A stretch of DNA of 35,642 nucleotides from Candidatus Binatia bacterium. Its GTDB lineage: Bacteria; Desulfobacterota; Binatia; UBA9968. How positions within the stretch are numbered: the first letter of the stretch is position 1; each line of letters starts with the position of its first letter. The DNA is taken from contig DATIEH010000184.1 in NCBI GenBank assembly GCA_035455905.1, forward strand, positions 1-35,642, in the 5' to 3' direction. Under the pieces are notes generated by a model. It had not been told where the DNA came from. It searched no databases and was given only the letters and a program-made list of their open reading frames with translations. Of the stretch, positions 17,705 through 26,224 are shown one piece after another. Made by a program: the position numbers and the translations under genes.

Positions 17705-18044
17705 GACATGGCACGGGCTGATGCTTGCGGCGCTGTTTGTTGCTATGTGGAGGAGCAAGGTTTTGGATCCGATGGCGATCTTAATCGGCGGCGTATTCAT
17801 GGGCCTAAATTTTCTGCTACTAGGCTATGGAGTCGCCTCGCTGATTACACCGCTGGCTAGCCGTGGCCGTATCAAAACCGGGATCGGGCTATTGGTGCTC
17901 AAAATCATTATTTTTTTGGGTGTGTTATCGACGCTTTTCTTCCGCGTCAATATCGATCCCATATCCTTTGCGGTGGGGTTCTCGACCCTACTGGTTGCCA
18001 TTGTCTTCGAGACAGTTCGTGCAACGGTCAAATCGGGAATTTAA
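17667..18044 (+). CDS. atpI: ATP synthase protein I (AtpI-like) membrane protein
   Basis: 125-aa hydrophobic ORF (about 4 TM) directly upstream of atpB. The start is uncertain: the ATG at 17667 overlaps atpZ by 38 nt, and a downstream in-frame Met (MLAALF, 17721) would avoid the overlap. Confidence 0.6.
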   Translation: MELTANKTILRIETWHGLMLAALFVAMWRSKVLDPMAILIGGVFMGLNFLLLGYGVASLITPLASRGRIKTGIGLLVLKIIIFLGVLSTLFFRVNIDPISFAVGFSTLLVAIVFETVRATVKSGI

Positions 18045-18047
18045 AAA

Positions 18048-18842
18048 ATGGAACATCCGTTCACCTGGTTTAATTTGCTGCCGGCCGGCTTACAACATGC
18101 ATTTGGCGATCACACTTTCTTTGCGGTGATCGCCGGTATTCTGCTGATCCTGTTCGCCCTCGCCGCGCGCAGGGCTTTGGCCAAAGCACAGGATCCAGCA
18201 GTTCCGGCCGCTGAGCTCGGCTCGCAAAATATCGCCGAGCTAGTGATTCAATTGATCGTAAGTCAAAGTGACCAGATCATCGGTCCCGGCGGACGGAAAT
18301 ACGTTCCGTTCTTCGGTACTTTTTTCTTTTTCATTTTGCTGAGCAATTTACTCGGCCTAGTACCAGGTTTTGCGCCCCCAACAGGCAACCTCAATACTAC
18401 CGTCGGGCTCGCTTTATGTTCTTTCATCGGCTACAACATAATCGGCATCCGGGAACAGGGAATGGCGTACTTCAAGCACTTCATTGGTCCCATGACCAGT
18501 CTTCCCGGACAGAGCTTTGTAGCTAAACTGGCATTTGCGCCTCTGATGCTGGTTTCCATTTGTTTTTTCTTGATTCTCGAGCTCTTCTCACACGGATTTC
18601 GGCCCGTCTCGCTCTCTTTGCGTCTTTTCGGCAACATGATGGGCGATCACGAGGTAATCGGAGCGTTTATCGGCTTAACCAAGGTAATTGTTCCGGTGGC
18701 GTTTTACGCCATGGGAACTCTGGTTTCGATCATCCAGGCGTTTGTTTTCACGCTTTTGAGCATGATTTATGTCGCTTTGGCGATCAGCCACGGCGGACAT
18801 GACGAAGAACACGGTCAGGAATCCCACCAAGGACATCATTAA
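18048..18842 (+). CDS. atpB: F-type ATP synthase Fo subunit a
   Basis: 264-aa polytopic ORF with the conserved subunit-a Arg motif region SLSLRLFGNMMGDH. Confidence 0.93.
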   Translation: MEHPFTWFNLLPAGLQHAFGDHTFFAVIAGILLILFALAARRALAKAQDPAVPAAELGSQNIAELVIQLIVSQSDQIIGPGGRKYVPFFGTFFFFILLSNLLGLVPGFAPPTGNLNTTVGLALCSFIGYNIIGIREQGMAYFKHFIGPMTSLPGQSFVAKLAFAPLMLVSICFFLILELFSHGFRPVSLSLRLFGNMMGDHEVIGAFIGLTKVIVPVAFYAMGTLVSIIQAFVFTLLSMIYVALAISHGGHDEEHGQESHQGHH

Positions 18843-18914
18843 GCGATTTAGCCGCTCGGAGAGGATGATGATAGAGGTGTGGTAGGCAAGGAATCGCTGG
18901 AAAGGAGAGACGAG

Positions 18915-19238
18915 ATGAAAAAGCTGCTTGCGTTTGTGACCGCGCTGTTCACCGGCATCTTTGCCACGGGTTTGGCTATGGCTGCCGAAGGTGCGGCCGC
19001 AGGTGCTGACTCGAAGGGCGCCGCAATTGCGATCGCGGCCGGGATTGCTGTTGCAATTGCCGCTTTTGGCGCCGCTTTTGGGCAGGGACGCGTCGGTGCC
19101 GCCGCAATGGAAAGTATTGGACGCAATCCGAACGCTGCCGATCGGCTTTTCTTGCCGCTGGTTTTAACGCTAGCGCTGCTCGAGGCTTTAGCTCTTTATG
19201 GCTTCGTTATTGCCATTATCTTGAGCGGTAAGATCTAA
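18915..19238 (+). CDS. atpE: F-type ATP synthase Fo subunit c, with N-terminal signal-peptide-like extension
   Basis: GQGRVGAAAMESIGRNP loop and the carboxylate helix LALLEALALYGFVIAII. ATG at 18915 is preceded by AGGAGA. The first ~23 aa (MKKLLAFVTALFTGIFATGLAMA|AE) look like a Sec signal peptide. Confidence 0.9.
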   Translation: MKKLLAFVTALFTGIFATGLAMAAEGAAAGADSKGAAIAIAAGIAVAIAAFGAAFGQGRVGAAAMESIGRNPNAADRLFLPLVLTLALLEALALYGFVIAIILSGKI

Positions 19239-19260
19239 TTGACAGCACAGGTCCGAGTCA

Positions 19261-19294
19261 AAAAGGACGGGAGGAAATCTTCCCGTCCTTTTTT
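19261..19294. terminator. Bidirectional intrinsic terminator (atpE / dCMP deaminase convergent)
   Basis: AAAAGGACGGGA (19261-19272) pairs with TCCCGTCCTTTT (19281-19292). The core is a 9-bp G/C-rich stem, AGGACGGGA/TCCCGTCCT. A-tract on the left, T6 on the right. Confidence 0.8.
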
Positions 19295-19757
19295 ATCGCC
19301 CTGGCAACTCGACTTTGTGGAGATGGACTTGAGTGTAGCGGAGTAGCTCCTCAAGCGTGTGGAGCTTATAGGGTTTTTCGTAATAGATCTCTTTAAGTCC
19401 CGTGTTCACCAAGACTTTCAGGCAGTGAATACAGGGCGTATGTGTAATATAGATTGCCCCCTCTTTAATGCTGGCGCCATTTTTCGCTGCCTGTGCAATC
19501 GCGTTCATTTCCGCGTGAATCGTGCGAAAACAGTTCTGTTCGGTCTCGCCATTGGGAGTTTTTGATTCGTAAATCAAGCATCCCACATCCGTACAGTGCG
19601 GCATACCGGCGGGCGCGCCGTTGTAACCGGTGGCGAGAATATTTTTGTCCCGCACAATGACGGCCCCGACCTTGGCGCGGGTGCAGGTGGAACGCTCTGC
19701 CACCTGTTGCGTGATAGTCATAAAATATTGATCCCAACTCAAACGCTCGCTCATCAA
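19293..19757 (-). CDS. Deoxycytidylate (dCMP) deaminase, ComEB/CDA zinc-dependent family
   Basis: 154-aa ORF with the zinc-deaminase motifs HAEMNAI and PCIHC, plus the ATGYNG region typical of dCMP deaminases. Confidence 0.9.
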   Translation of the reverse strand: MMSERLSWDQYFMTITQQVAERSTCTRAKVGAVIVRDKNILATGYNGAPAGMPHCTDVGCLIYESKTPNGETEQNCFRTIHAEMNAIAQAAKNGASIKEGAIYITHTPCIHCLKVLVNTGLKEIYYEKPYKLHTLEELLRYTQVHLHKVELPGR

Positions 19758-19773
19758 AAACCTCCTTGGAGAT

Positions 19774-20553
19774 TTAAAAACAGCTGCTTACAACAACTTT
19801 GTCCCCTACCTTGGCAGCGCACCTTTGCTGGGCATTTCCGTTATACTGAGCGATTTCAAGCATGCCCCAACTATTTACCACCGCAGCGAGTTTAGAAGAT
19901 TCTGCCGAGTCGTAGCTTGACACCAGCTTTTGTATTCTCGTGGAACCTAAGGTTATGTTGATGTCGTTACGCGGCAATCCTGTGAGATCGTGCTCGTGGA
20001 TGTTGGTAAACAGATTGCCATAGCCATCGATGTAGATGATTTCCCCCATCAGCCCGGTTGGGTGACGGACGACTTCGGGGACGTGGAGCTCGATGAAGCT
20101 CGACGATCGGCTGCCAAACGCGTGAATGGGAACACCTCGTGAAAGGTGTGCTGCAGCTGGGGCAAAAATATCGCGCCCGTGAAACGTGGTGCCGGTTGGC
20201 TGCAGAAAGTACTCGGAATTAGTCAGCTCGATGATCAGCTTCGGTTTGTTCATCACCGCCAAGCTCAGGACTCCGTTGTCCGGCCCAATGAAGTAGTTCC
20301 CGGCACACTCGATCAACAACGGCCGCCGGCTGCCGCCTACTCCGGGGTCGACCACGACAACGTGAATCGCGCCGACGCTGAAATAAGGGACTGAATGGCG
20401 CAGCGTCAGCGCCCCCGCCATGACGTCCTGAGAAGGAACACCATGCGTAAGATCAATCACCTGCACGTCCGGATTAATTCGGCTGATCACGCCTTTCATG
20501 ATACCGGCGAAGGAATCGCGATAGCCGAAGTCGGTCGTTAAAGTGATCAGCAT
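19774..20553 (-). CDS. SAM hydroxide adenosyltransferase / chlorinase-fluorinase-like protein (DUF62)
   Basis: The N-terminal ITLTTDFGYRDSFAGIMKGVI is the DUF62 signature. The ATG at 20553 (MLITLTTDFG) is preferred over the track start at 20619. Confidence 0.85.
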   Translation of the reverse strand: MLITLTTDFGYRDSFAGIMKGVISRINPDVQVIDLTHGVPSQDVMAGALTLRHSVPYFSVGAIHVVVVDPGVGGSRRPLLIECAGNYFIGPDNGVLSLAVMNKPKLIIELTNSEYFLQPTGTTFHGRDIFAPAAAHLSRGVPIHAFGSRSSSFIELHVPEVVRHPTGLMGEIIYIDGYGNLFTNIHEHDLTGLPRNDINITLGSTRIQKLVSSYDSAESSKLAAVVNSWGMLEIAQYNGNAQQRCAAKVGDKVVVSSCF

Positions 20554-20706
20554 AAACTCACGCAAGGACAGTTTTAGTGTAGTAAGAAACCGTTTTATAC
20601 GCAAAGAAGAGCAATACAATGTCTCCCATCGTCGGTCTTCCTACACAGTCGCCGGCGGGTTATAAGCAATATGAGCTTCGGTTCGTTATGCTCCTAGGAG
20701 TTCGTA

Positions 20707-21957
20707 ATTCAGGTCCTTCGGCCATTACGGCATAAAAACTACGCGCTTTTTGGCAGTAGCGATTTTATCGCCTCAATCGGCCAGTTTGTCAGAGAGATCG
20801 CGCTTTACTGGTTGGTCTACGAGATCACTGGATCCGCGATGGCTCTCGGCATTCTCGCGCTCTGTGAGGCAACGCCACGCCTCGTATTGAGCGTTCTCGG
20901 TGGCGTCATTGTCGATCGTTACGATCGATTGCGTTTGCTCACAGCCATACAATTCCTATGTGTCGTGCCGGTTTTTGCAATGGTGGCTCTGTACTTTTTC
21001 GGCGCGCTCAAGTTTTGGCATATCGCGATACTTGAAACGGTTCTTTCCATCACCCGGAGCATGAATCCGACCGCCGGTCAGTCGCTGTTGCATGACTTGG
21101 TGCCGCAAGAGGAGCTTATGAATACCGTGGCGCTGTATTCATTGGGCTTCAATTTCGCGCGCATCGTCGGACCATCCCTGGGAGGCGTGCTGGTCCTCTG
21201 GATTGGTGTCGGTGGTTGCTTGATATTTTATGGCGTTGCGCTGCTCATCTCGGGATTTGAACTACTTCCGATCCGACTAGCGGTTGAACCCAAAGGCAAA
21301 GTCTCGGCCCATTGGGTTCAAGAGATTAAAGAAGGTTTGGATTTCATCCGGTCCTCGCCCCTGGTACTTTCGAGCACTCTGGCAGCCTACGCGCTGAGTA
21401 TGTTTGTCGGCACCTATCAACGGTTTTTGCCGATTTTTGCCAAGGATATTCTCAAAACCGGACCAGAGGGTTTGGGCGCGCTAACCGCTGCCTCCGGCGT
21501 GGGCGCCGTTTTATCGCTGATTTTTTTGGATGCAGTAGGTCGCCGCTGGGGCCGTGAGACACTCCTTTGGTTCAGCTCAAAGATCACCCCATTACTCCTC
21601 ATTCTGTTTTGCTTATCTGGCACTTTGTGGATTTCGGTTGTGCTGATGGCACTACTTGGCGCGGCGCAGATCCTTTTCCGCACCGTGAGTCGATTGATCA
21701 TTCAGGTGGAGGCGCCGCGGGATTTGATCGGGCGGGTGATGAGCGTCTTCCTGATGGACCAGGGTATGCGCTCGGTGGGTTCGATGATCATGGGCGCGTT
21801 CGCGACAATTTTCGGTGCCGCCTTGGGGCTTTCGCTGTGCTCGGTCGTGTCGATTGGCATTACCACCTTGACCTTTTACCGATCGATTGGCTGGCCGAAT
21901 GGGGTGGGCGTCGGCGCCTTGAACCGCACCGCATCGAAATCGGAGTCGAGCCTATAA
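20707..21957 (+). CDS. MFS transporter (EntS/MFS_3-like); start codon unresolved
   Basis: Polytopic ORF with VDRYDRLRLL after TM2, typical of this MFS subfamily. The track starts at TTG 20812. The frame stays open and MFS-like (LRPLRHKNYALFGSSDFIASIGQF..., i.e. TM1) back to 20698. AGGAG (20696-20700) followed by 6 nt and then ATT (20707) suggests a non-canonical AUU start. The 3' end is firm. Confidence 0.75.
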   Translation: MQVLRPLRHKNYALFGSSDFIASIGQFVREIALYWLVYEITGSAMALGILALCEATPRLVLSVLGGVIVDRYDRLRLLTAIQFLCVVPVFAMVALYFFGALKFWHIAILETVLSITRSMNPTAGQSLLHDLVPQEELMNTVALYSLGFNFARIVGPSLGGVLVLWIGVGGCLIFYGVALLISGFELLPIRLAVEPKGKVSAHWVQEIKEGLDFIRSSPLVLSSTLAAYALSMFVGTYQRFLPIFAKDILKTGPEGLGALTAASGVGAVLSLIFLDAVGRRWGRETLLWFSSKITPLLLILFCLSGTLWISVVLMALLGAAQILFRTVSRLIIQVEAPRDLIGRVMSVFLMDQGMRSVGSMIMGAFATIFGAALGLSLCSVVSIGITTLTFYRSIGWPNGVGVGALNRTASKSESSL

Positions 21958-22899
21958 CTCTTCCAACACTGCGCCAAACAGAAGCGGCACCATAATTTCC
22001 ATGTGCCCGGTGATCTGATACCCCTTGCCGGTTTGTAACGTGGGCCGACTCACTACATTTGTGAGCGGCCGATAGTGTTGCAGAAAATCAAGATTGACCG
22101 TGGTCAAATTCTCTACGGAATTGCCTAGATTGCGAGCCAGGCTCACTGCTTTCAAAAATACTTCCGGTAGTATCACTGCCGAGCCGAAATTTAGATACAC
22201 GCCACCGCCGAGAGTCGCAACAACCGAGGTAAGGGTGCGAAAGTCGCGCAGGCTGCAATCGCCAAGCGCTTTGCCATCGGCCTTCGGATGCATATGAATG
22301 ATGTCCGTGCCGATCGCAATGTGGCAAGTCACCGGGATGCCCAGTCGTGAAGCTGTGGCGAGAATGCTGAGTCTACGATATGGAAGATGATTTTTTACAA
22401 TCGCATTGCCCACCGCCGCACCGACGCCAAGGTCTAGCCTTGTCCCTTCGATAATAGCGGCATTGATGAATGCGCCGGTCTCTTCGCCCATACCAAAGCT
22501 GCCATCCTTCAAACTGGCAGCTACATCTTCCGACGTCTCACCCATATACGCGAGCTCGAAATCATGGATGATACCAGCGCCGTTCAGCGCCAGTGCATCG
22601 ATGATGCCTCGCTCCATGAAATCGATAATGAGCGGACTCAAGCCGACCTTGATCGGATGGGCACCCATACCCAGCAAGACCGTTTTTCTCTTGCGATGAC
22701 AGTCGGCAATTTTTGCCGCAATCGATTTCAGATTCTGCGCCGCGAGAATATTCGGCAAACCGCGGACAAAAGACCGAAGGGTTACACCCTTGGCGATTTT
22801 TTTGCCTAATAGGGAGGTTTGAACTTTGCTGAAACGCTTGGTGACGGGATAAGTGCGAACTTTCGAAAAATCCAGTGGTTTGAAATTCTTACGTGCCAT
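21952..22899 (-). CDS. Deoxyhypusine-synthase-like (DHS-fold) protein, function unknown
   Basis: 315-aa ORF. LLGMGAHPIKVGLSPLIIDFMERGIIDALALNGAGIIHDFE, IPVTCHIAIGTD and the C-terminal HMEIMVPLLFGAV resemble the layout of archaeal/bacterial deoxyhypusine synthase family proteins as I recall them. Not verified by search. Confidence 0.4.
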   Translation of the reverse strand: MARKNFKPLDFSKVRTYPVTKRFSKVQTSLLGKKIAKGVTLRSFVRGLPNILAAQNLKSIAAKIADCHRKRKTVLLGMGAHPIKVGLSPLIIDFMERGIIDALALNGAGIIHDFELAYMGETSEDVAASLKDGSFGMGEETGAFINAAIIEGTRLDLGVGAAVGNAIVKNHLPYRRLSILATASRLGIPVTCHIAIGTDIIHMHPKADGKALGDCSLRDFRTLTSVVATLGGGVYLNFGSAVILPEVFLKAVSLARNLGNSVENLTTVNLDFLQHYRPLTNVVSRPTLQTGKGYQITGHMEIMVPLLFGAVLEEL

Positions 22900-22911
22900 T
22901 CTGCGGGTGGG

Positions 22912-23490
22912 TCAAACACCCGGAAAAAGTTTTTGGTCGACGATCTCGCAGATGACATGGCCGACGAGAATATGAGTCTCCTGTATACGCGGGCTGTTCT
23001 TGCCTTCTGCTACGCGGAGCATGTAATCGACTTTGCCCATCATTTTACCGCCGCTCCCGCCTGTCAAACCGATCGTGGAAATCCCGATTGTTTGGCATGC
23101 ATCGAGCGCTTTAAGCACATTGGGTGAATTACCGCTTGTGGAAATCGCCACGGCAACATCGCCGGCTTTCCCCAATGCCAGAATTTGTTTCGCAAAAACC
23201 TGGTCATAGTCGTAGTCGTTGGCGATGGCTGTAAGCGCTGAAGTGTCGGTTGTCAAAGCGAGGGCGGGTAGCGGTGGACGTTCGAGCAGATATCGATTGG
23301 TGAACTCCGCAGCGATGTGTTGAGCGTCCGCGGCGCTCCCGCCGTTGCCGAGGAGCAGCAGCTTGTTGCCGTTTTTAAATGCAGCAACAATCAAATTGAT
23401 CACCTGCGTCAGGATTTCGAGATTGTCGCGAAGGAAAGCTTGCTTTACCCGAATGCTTTCGTCGAACGCTTTGAGAATTTTGTCCTTCAT
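22912..23490 (-). CDS. gmhA: SIS-domain protein of the GmhA (sedoheptulose-7-P isomerase) / DiaA type
   Basis: LLLLGNGGSAADAQHIAAEF, LTAIANDYDYDQVFAKQ, ISTSGNSPNVL and RIQETH match both GmhA and its paralogue DiaA. The ATG at 23490 (MKDKILKAF), preceded by GAAGG, is preferred over the track's GTG at 23523. Confidence 0.8.
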   Translation of the reverse strand: MKDKILKAFDESIRVKQAFLRDNLEILTQVINLIVAAFKNGNKLLLLGNGGSAADAQHIAAEFTNRYLLERPPLPALALTTDTSALTAIANDYDYDQVFAKQILALGKAGDVAVAISTSGNSPNVLKALDACQTIGISTIGLTGGSGGKMMGKVDYMLRVAEGKNSPRIQETHILVGHVICEIVDQKLFPGV

Positions 23491-23560
23491 CGAACCTTCA
23501 GGGGTTGGAGATCCGGGGCACACCGTCTCTGTAGCACACGGCCCGGCGGTATAAAAGGTA

Positions 23561-24760
23561 CTAAGAACGATAAAAGCGAATAACAGCTTTTACGACGATT
23601 TCTTGCTGCTGGATCGTTAATTCTGGATAAAGGGGCAATGCCAAGACCTGGTCCGCCAGCAGCTCGGCGTTCGGAAATTCGCCTTTTTTGTAACCCAGAT
23701 ATGCAAAACACTTCTGTAAGTGTAGCGGCAAGGGGTAATAGGTTTCGCTTTGAATCCCATCACGTCCGAGAAACTGCTTGAGTTCGTCTCGGCGCTCGGC
23801 GCGAACGACGTAGTTATTGAACACGTGGGAACGGTCCGTGCTCAGCTCCGGAATTCCCATCAAACCGTTTCCGATCAAACCGCTCTCCTGAAACAACCTG
23901 TGATACGCCTGCGCTTTCTCGATTCTACCTTGGCACCATTGTTCTAAAAAGCGCTGCTTTATCGACAGTACGGCGGCTTGCAGAGAATCGAGCCGGGAAT
24001 TGATGCCCATTAGTTCGTGAAAATATTTGCTGCGCTCGCCATGCATTCGGAGCATTTTGATGTTTTCCGCGAGCAATGGGTCCTGAGTTGTGACTAAGCC
24101 GCCGTCGCCGAAAGCGCCTAAGGTTTTGCTCGGGAAAAAAGAAAAACAACCGAGATCACCAATAGCGCCGGCGAACCGCTCCTCACCCGCAACCGACGTT
24201 CTTGCGCCGCACGCTTGAGCTACGTCCTCGATGATCTTGAACCGATATTGTCGCGCAAGTACGATGAGCTCATGCATTGCGCAGCATCGACCGAACAAAT
24301 GAACCGGCAAAACCGCTTGGATTTTGAGCCCCGTGTTTTTATCGACAGTCTGGTGGTTCTGCGTGTCAACTCGCTGCACTAGAAACTCGCTGAGACGGTC
24401 AACAGAAGTGAGACAGGTATCCATGTCGACATCGACAAATAGCGGTCGAGCTCCGACTCGGATTATGGAAGAAACCGTGGAGAAAAAAGTGAACGGCGTG
24501 GTAATGACCGCATCACCGGGACCGACGCCAAGCGCCATCAGCGCGAGCAAAAGCGCATCACTGCCAGAGGCAACACCGATACTGAATCGACATTGGAGGT
24601 AGTTAGCCATCTGCGCTTCGAAATGGTCAACGGCCGGACCCAAAATGAATTGTTGGGTTTCATTTACATCGTCGATCGCCTGGCGTACTTCGTCGCGAAG
24701 GGTGCTGTATTGCGCGCGCAGATCAACGATGGGAATTTTAAACAAGGCGGGACTAGACAC
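23561..24760 (-). CDS. DegT/DnrJ/EryC1/StrS-family PLP-dependent aminotransferase
   Basis: 399-aa ORF with the N-terminal IPIVDLRAQYSTLRDEV. Also GVASGSDALLLAL, IIEDVAQACGA and FSFFPSKTLGAFGDGG (PLP-lysine context). The GTG start overlaps the upstream HD gene's stop by 8 nt. Confidence 0.9.
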   Translation of the reverse strand: MSSPALFKIPIVDLRAQYSTLRDEVRQAIDDVNETQQFILGPAVDHFEAQMANYLQCRFSIGVASGSDALLLALMALGVGPGDAVITTPFTFFSTVSSIIRVGARPLFVDVDMDTCLTSVDRLSEFLVQRVDTQNHQTVDKNTGLKIQAVLPVHLFGRCCAMHELIVLARQYRFKIIEDVAQACGARTSVAGEERFAGAIGDLGCFSFFPSKTLGAFGDGGLVTTQDPLLAENIKMLRMHGERSKYFHELMGINSRLDSLQAAVLSIKQRFLEQWCQGRIEKAQAYHRLFQESGLIGNGLMGIPELSTDRSHVFNNYVVRAERRDELKQFLGRDGIQSETYYPLPLHLQKCFAYLGYKKGEFPNAELLADQVLALPLYPELTIQQQEIVVKAVIRFYRS

Positions 24761-26156
24761 TGGTTTTGATTGACGGTGACTGGCCTTTCAGCGTATTTTC
24801 CGCCACTTCCGCAAGCAACTGATCGTGATCATGGTCGAGGGCAAAGACTCGAAATTGGACAACTTTGGAAGGAATGAATTCGAACAGCTCCGTCAACGTT
24901 TCTTTAGTGATTTCGCCCGTGGATGGGTCGAAGATATGAATCTGCTTTTTGCCCATGGCGAAGGGGTTTTCCGGGCGCGGGTCTTGAGTCGCCATGTCGA
25001 CGCGGAAAATCAACTGGCGCTCTGTCGGCGGCAGCGCGCGGCGTATACGTTTTTCCCAGTCGCTGTCTTGGATCAAAGCCACCCCATAACTTAGCTCATT
25101 GAGCGATAGCGTGCGATCATAGGCCATTTTCCATTTTACTTCGCGATGAAGCACCGTTTCCCACTCCTTGCCGAGCGCTTCGCGATCGCCTTTTTGGCGG
25201 CGCCAGCGCGAAACATCTTCGAGTAACGACCAGTCCGTCAAATAAAGGTATTCCTCCATATAGTCGAGGGGATTGCCAGGAAAAAGGTATTTCATCGTCT
25301 CGGGAAACATTTCCCGCAAATGTAAGTCGATGGCTCGCGTGGTGCGGTGGTAATAAACATTCGTGTAAAGGTAAAGCCGGGCGTTGAGAAAAGTCGTTAA
25401 TGCGCCGTTGCCGGCTTTGTGGACGGTCAGTCCCTTTGGAGTAAAAAAGGTGTAGTAAATGAGCCGCTCGCGGTCGATAGGTCCTGGATGAACGCCGCAC
25501 ATGTAGGAATCCCGCGATACGTAGTCGAGGTTATCGAAAGTAAAAATACCACCGGTGAGGGGTTGTAAAAAGCGCACCCACTTGGGTTTGCGGTGATCTT
25601 CTTTGCCATTTTTTTTTATCGGGAACGCTACGTCTTCCGGGCGTAGTTCTTCTCCCGGAGCAAAGCCACCACTGGGGCTGCGCCGCAACTGGCTGATGAT
25701 GTCACCCAAATGCTGTTGAATAATTGTCTGGCCAAGGTCTTCGTGCGTCAGATCATAGTTGCTGAGAAAATTGTCGTCAAAAAAATGACCGAAAGGCCCG
25801 TGACCGATATCATGTAAGAGCCCGGTCACGCGCATGTACTCCTCAATGAATGGCGCGGAAGGGCACTCATCGCCGAGAACTTTACGCAATGAGGGATAAA
25901 GATGCTTGCCAAATTCGCCGGCCAAATGCATGGCGCCGAGCGAGTGCTGGAAACGACTATGTTCAGCGGACGGATAAACCCAGCGGGCACTCTGCAGTTG
26001 ATAGATATAGCGCAGGCGTTGCACCCAAGGCGAGTCGATCAACGCTTTTTCGGTAACTTCGCCCTTCTTTTCCGGTACGGTAAATTGAATGTAGCGATGA
26101 ATAGGGTCGGCGATCAGTGCCGTCCCCTCATATTCATTATCGGTTACTGAAGTCAC
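24753..26156 (-). CDS. HD-domain phosphohydrolase, SAMHD1/EF1143-like dNTP triphosphohydrolase family
   Basis: 467-aa ORF with IADPIHRYI, SPWVQRLRYIYQL, HSRFQHSLGAMHLA, LLHDIGHGPFGH and FDNLDYVSRDSYMCGV. This is the HD...HD...D arrangement of dNTPase-type HD proteins. GTG start. Confidence 0.85.
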   Translation of the reverse strand: MTSVTDNEYEGTALIADPIHRYIQFTVPEKKGEVTEKALIDSPWVQRLRYIYQLQSARWVYPSAEHSRFQHSLGAMHLAGEFGKHLYPSLRKVLGDECPSAPFIEEYMRVTGLLHDIGHGPFGHFFDDNFLSNYDLTHEDLGQTIIQQHLGDIISQLRRSPSGGFAPGEELRPEDVAFPIKKNGKEDHRKPKWVRFLQPLTGGIFTFDNLDYVSRDSYMCGVHPGPIDRERLIYYTFFTPKGLTVHKAGNGALTTFLNARLYLYTNVYYHRTTRAIDLHLREMFPETMKYLFPGNPLDYMEEYLYLTDWSLLEDVSRWRRQKGDREALGKEWETVLHREVKWKMAYDRTLSLNELSYGVALIQDSDWEKRIRRALPPTERQLIFRVDMATQDPRPENPFAMGKKQIHIFDPSTGEITKETLTELFEFIPSKVVQFRVFALDHDHDQLLAEVAENTLKGQSPSIKTSV

Positions 26157-26224
26157 GAGTGTTGTTCCCGTTGGTCACAACTGAAAGAACAAGATTCGGC
26201 AAGTAAGGCCGCATATCCAGCTCG

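Noticed and set aside
22912-23490. SIS protein as DiaA (DnaA initiator-associating protein) because of proximity to oriC
   Set aside because: By eye the sequence matches GmhA and DiaA about equally well. It lies 7 kb from dnaA in an unrelated transcription unit. DiaA is, as far as I know, characterised mainly in gamma-proteobacteria. GmhA and DiaA cannot be distinguished without an alignment of catalytic residues.
19293-26156. dCMP deaminase and dNTPase-type HD protein as an anti-phage nucleotide-depletion defence
   Set aside because: Both families also have housekeeping members. Here they are 5 kb apart, embedded among core genes, with no other defence or mobile-element genes. The deaminase is a short ComEB-type dCMP deaminase rather than the larger defence-type dCTP deaminase architecture. 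There is no positive evidence for a defence island.
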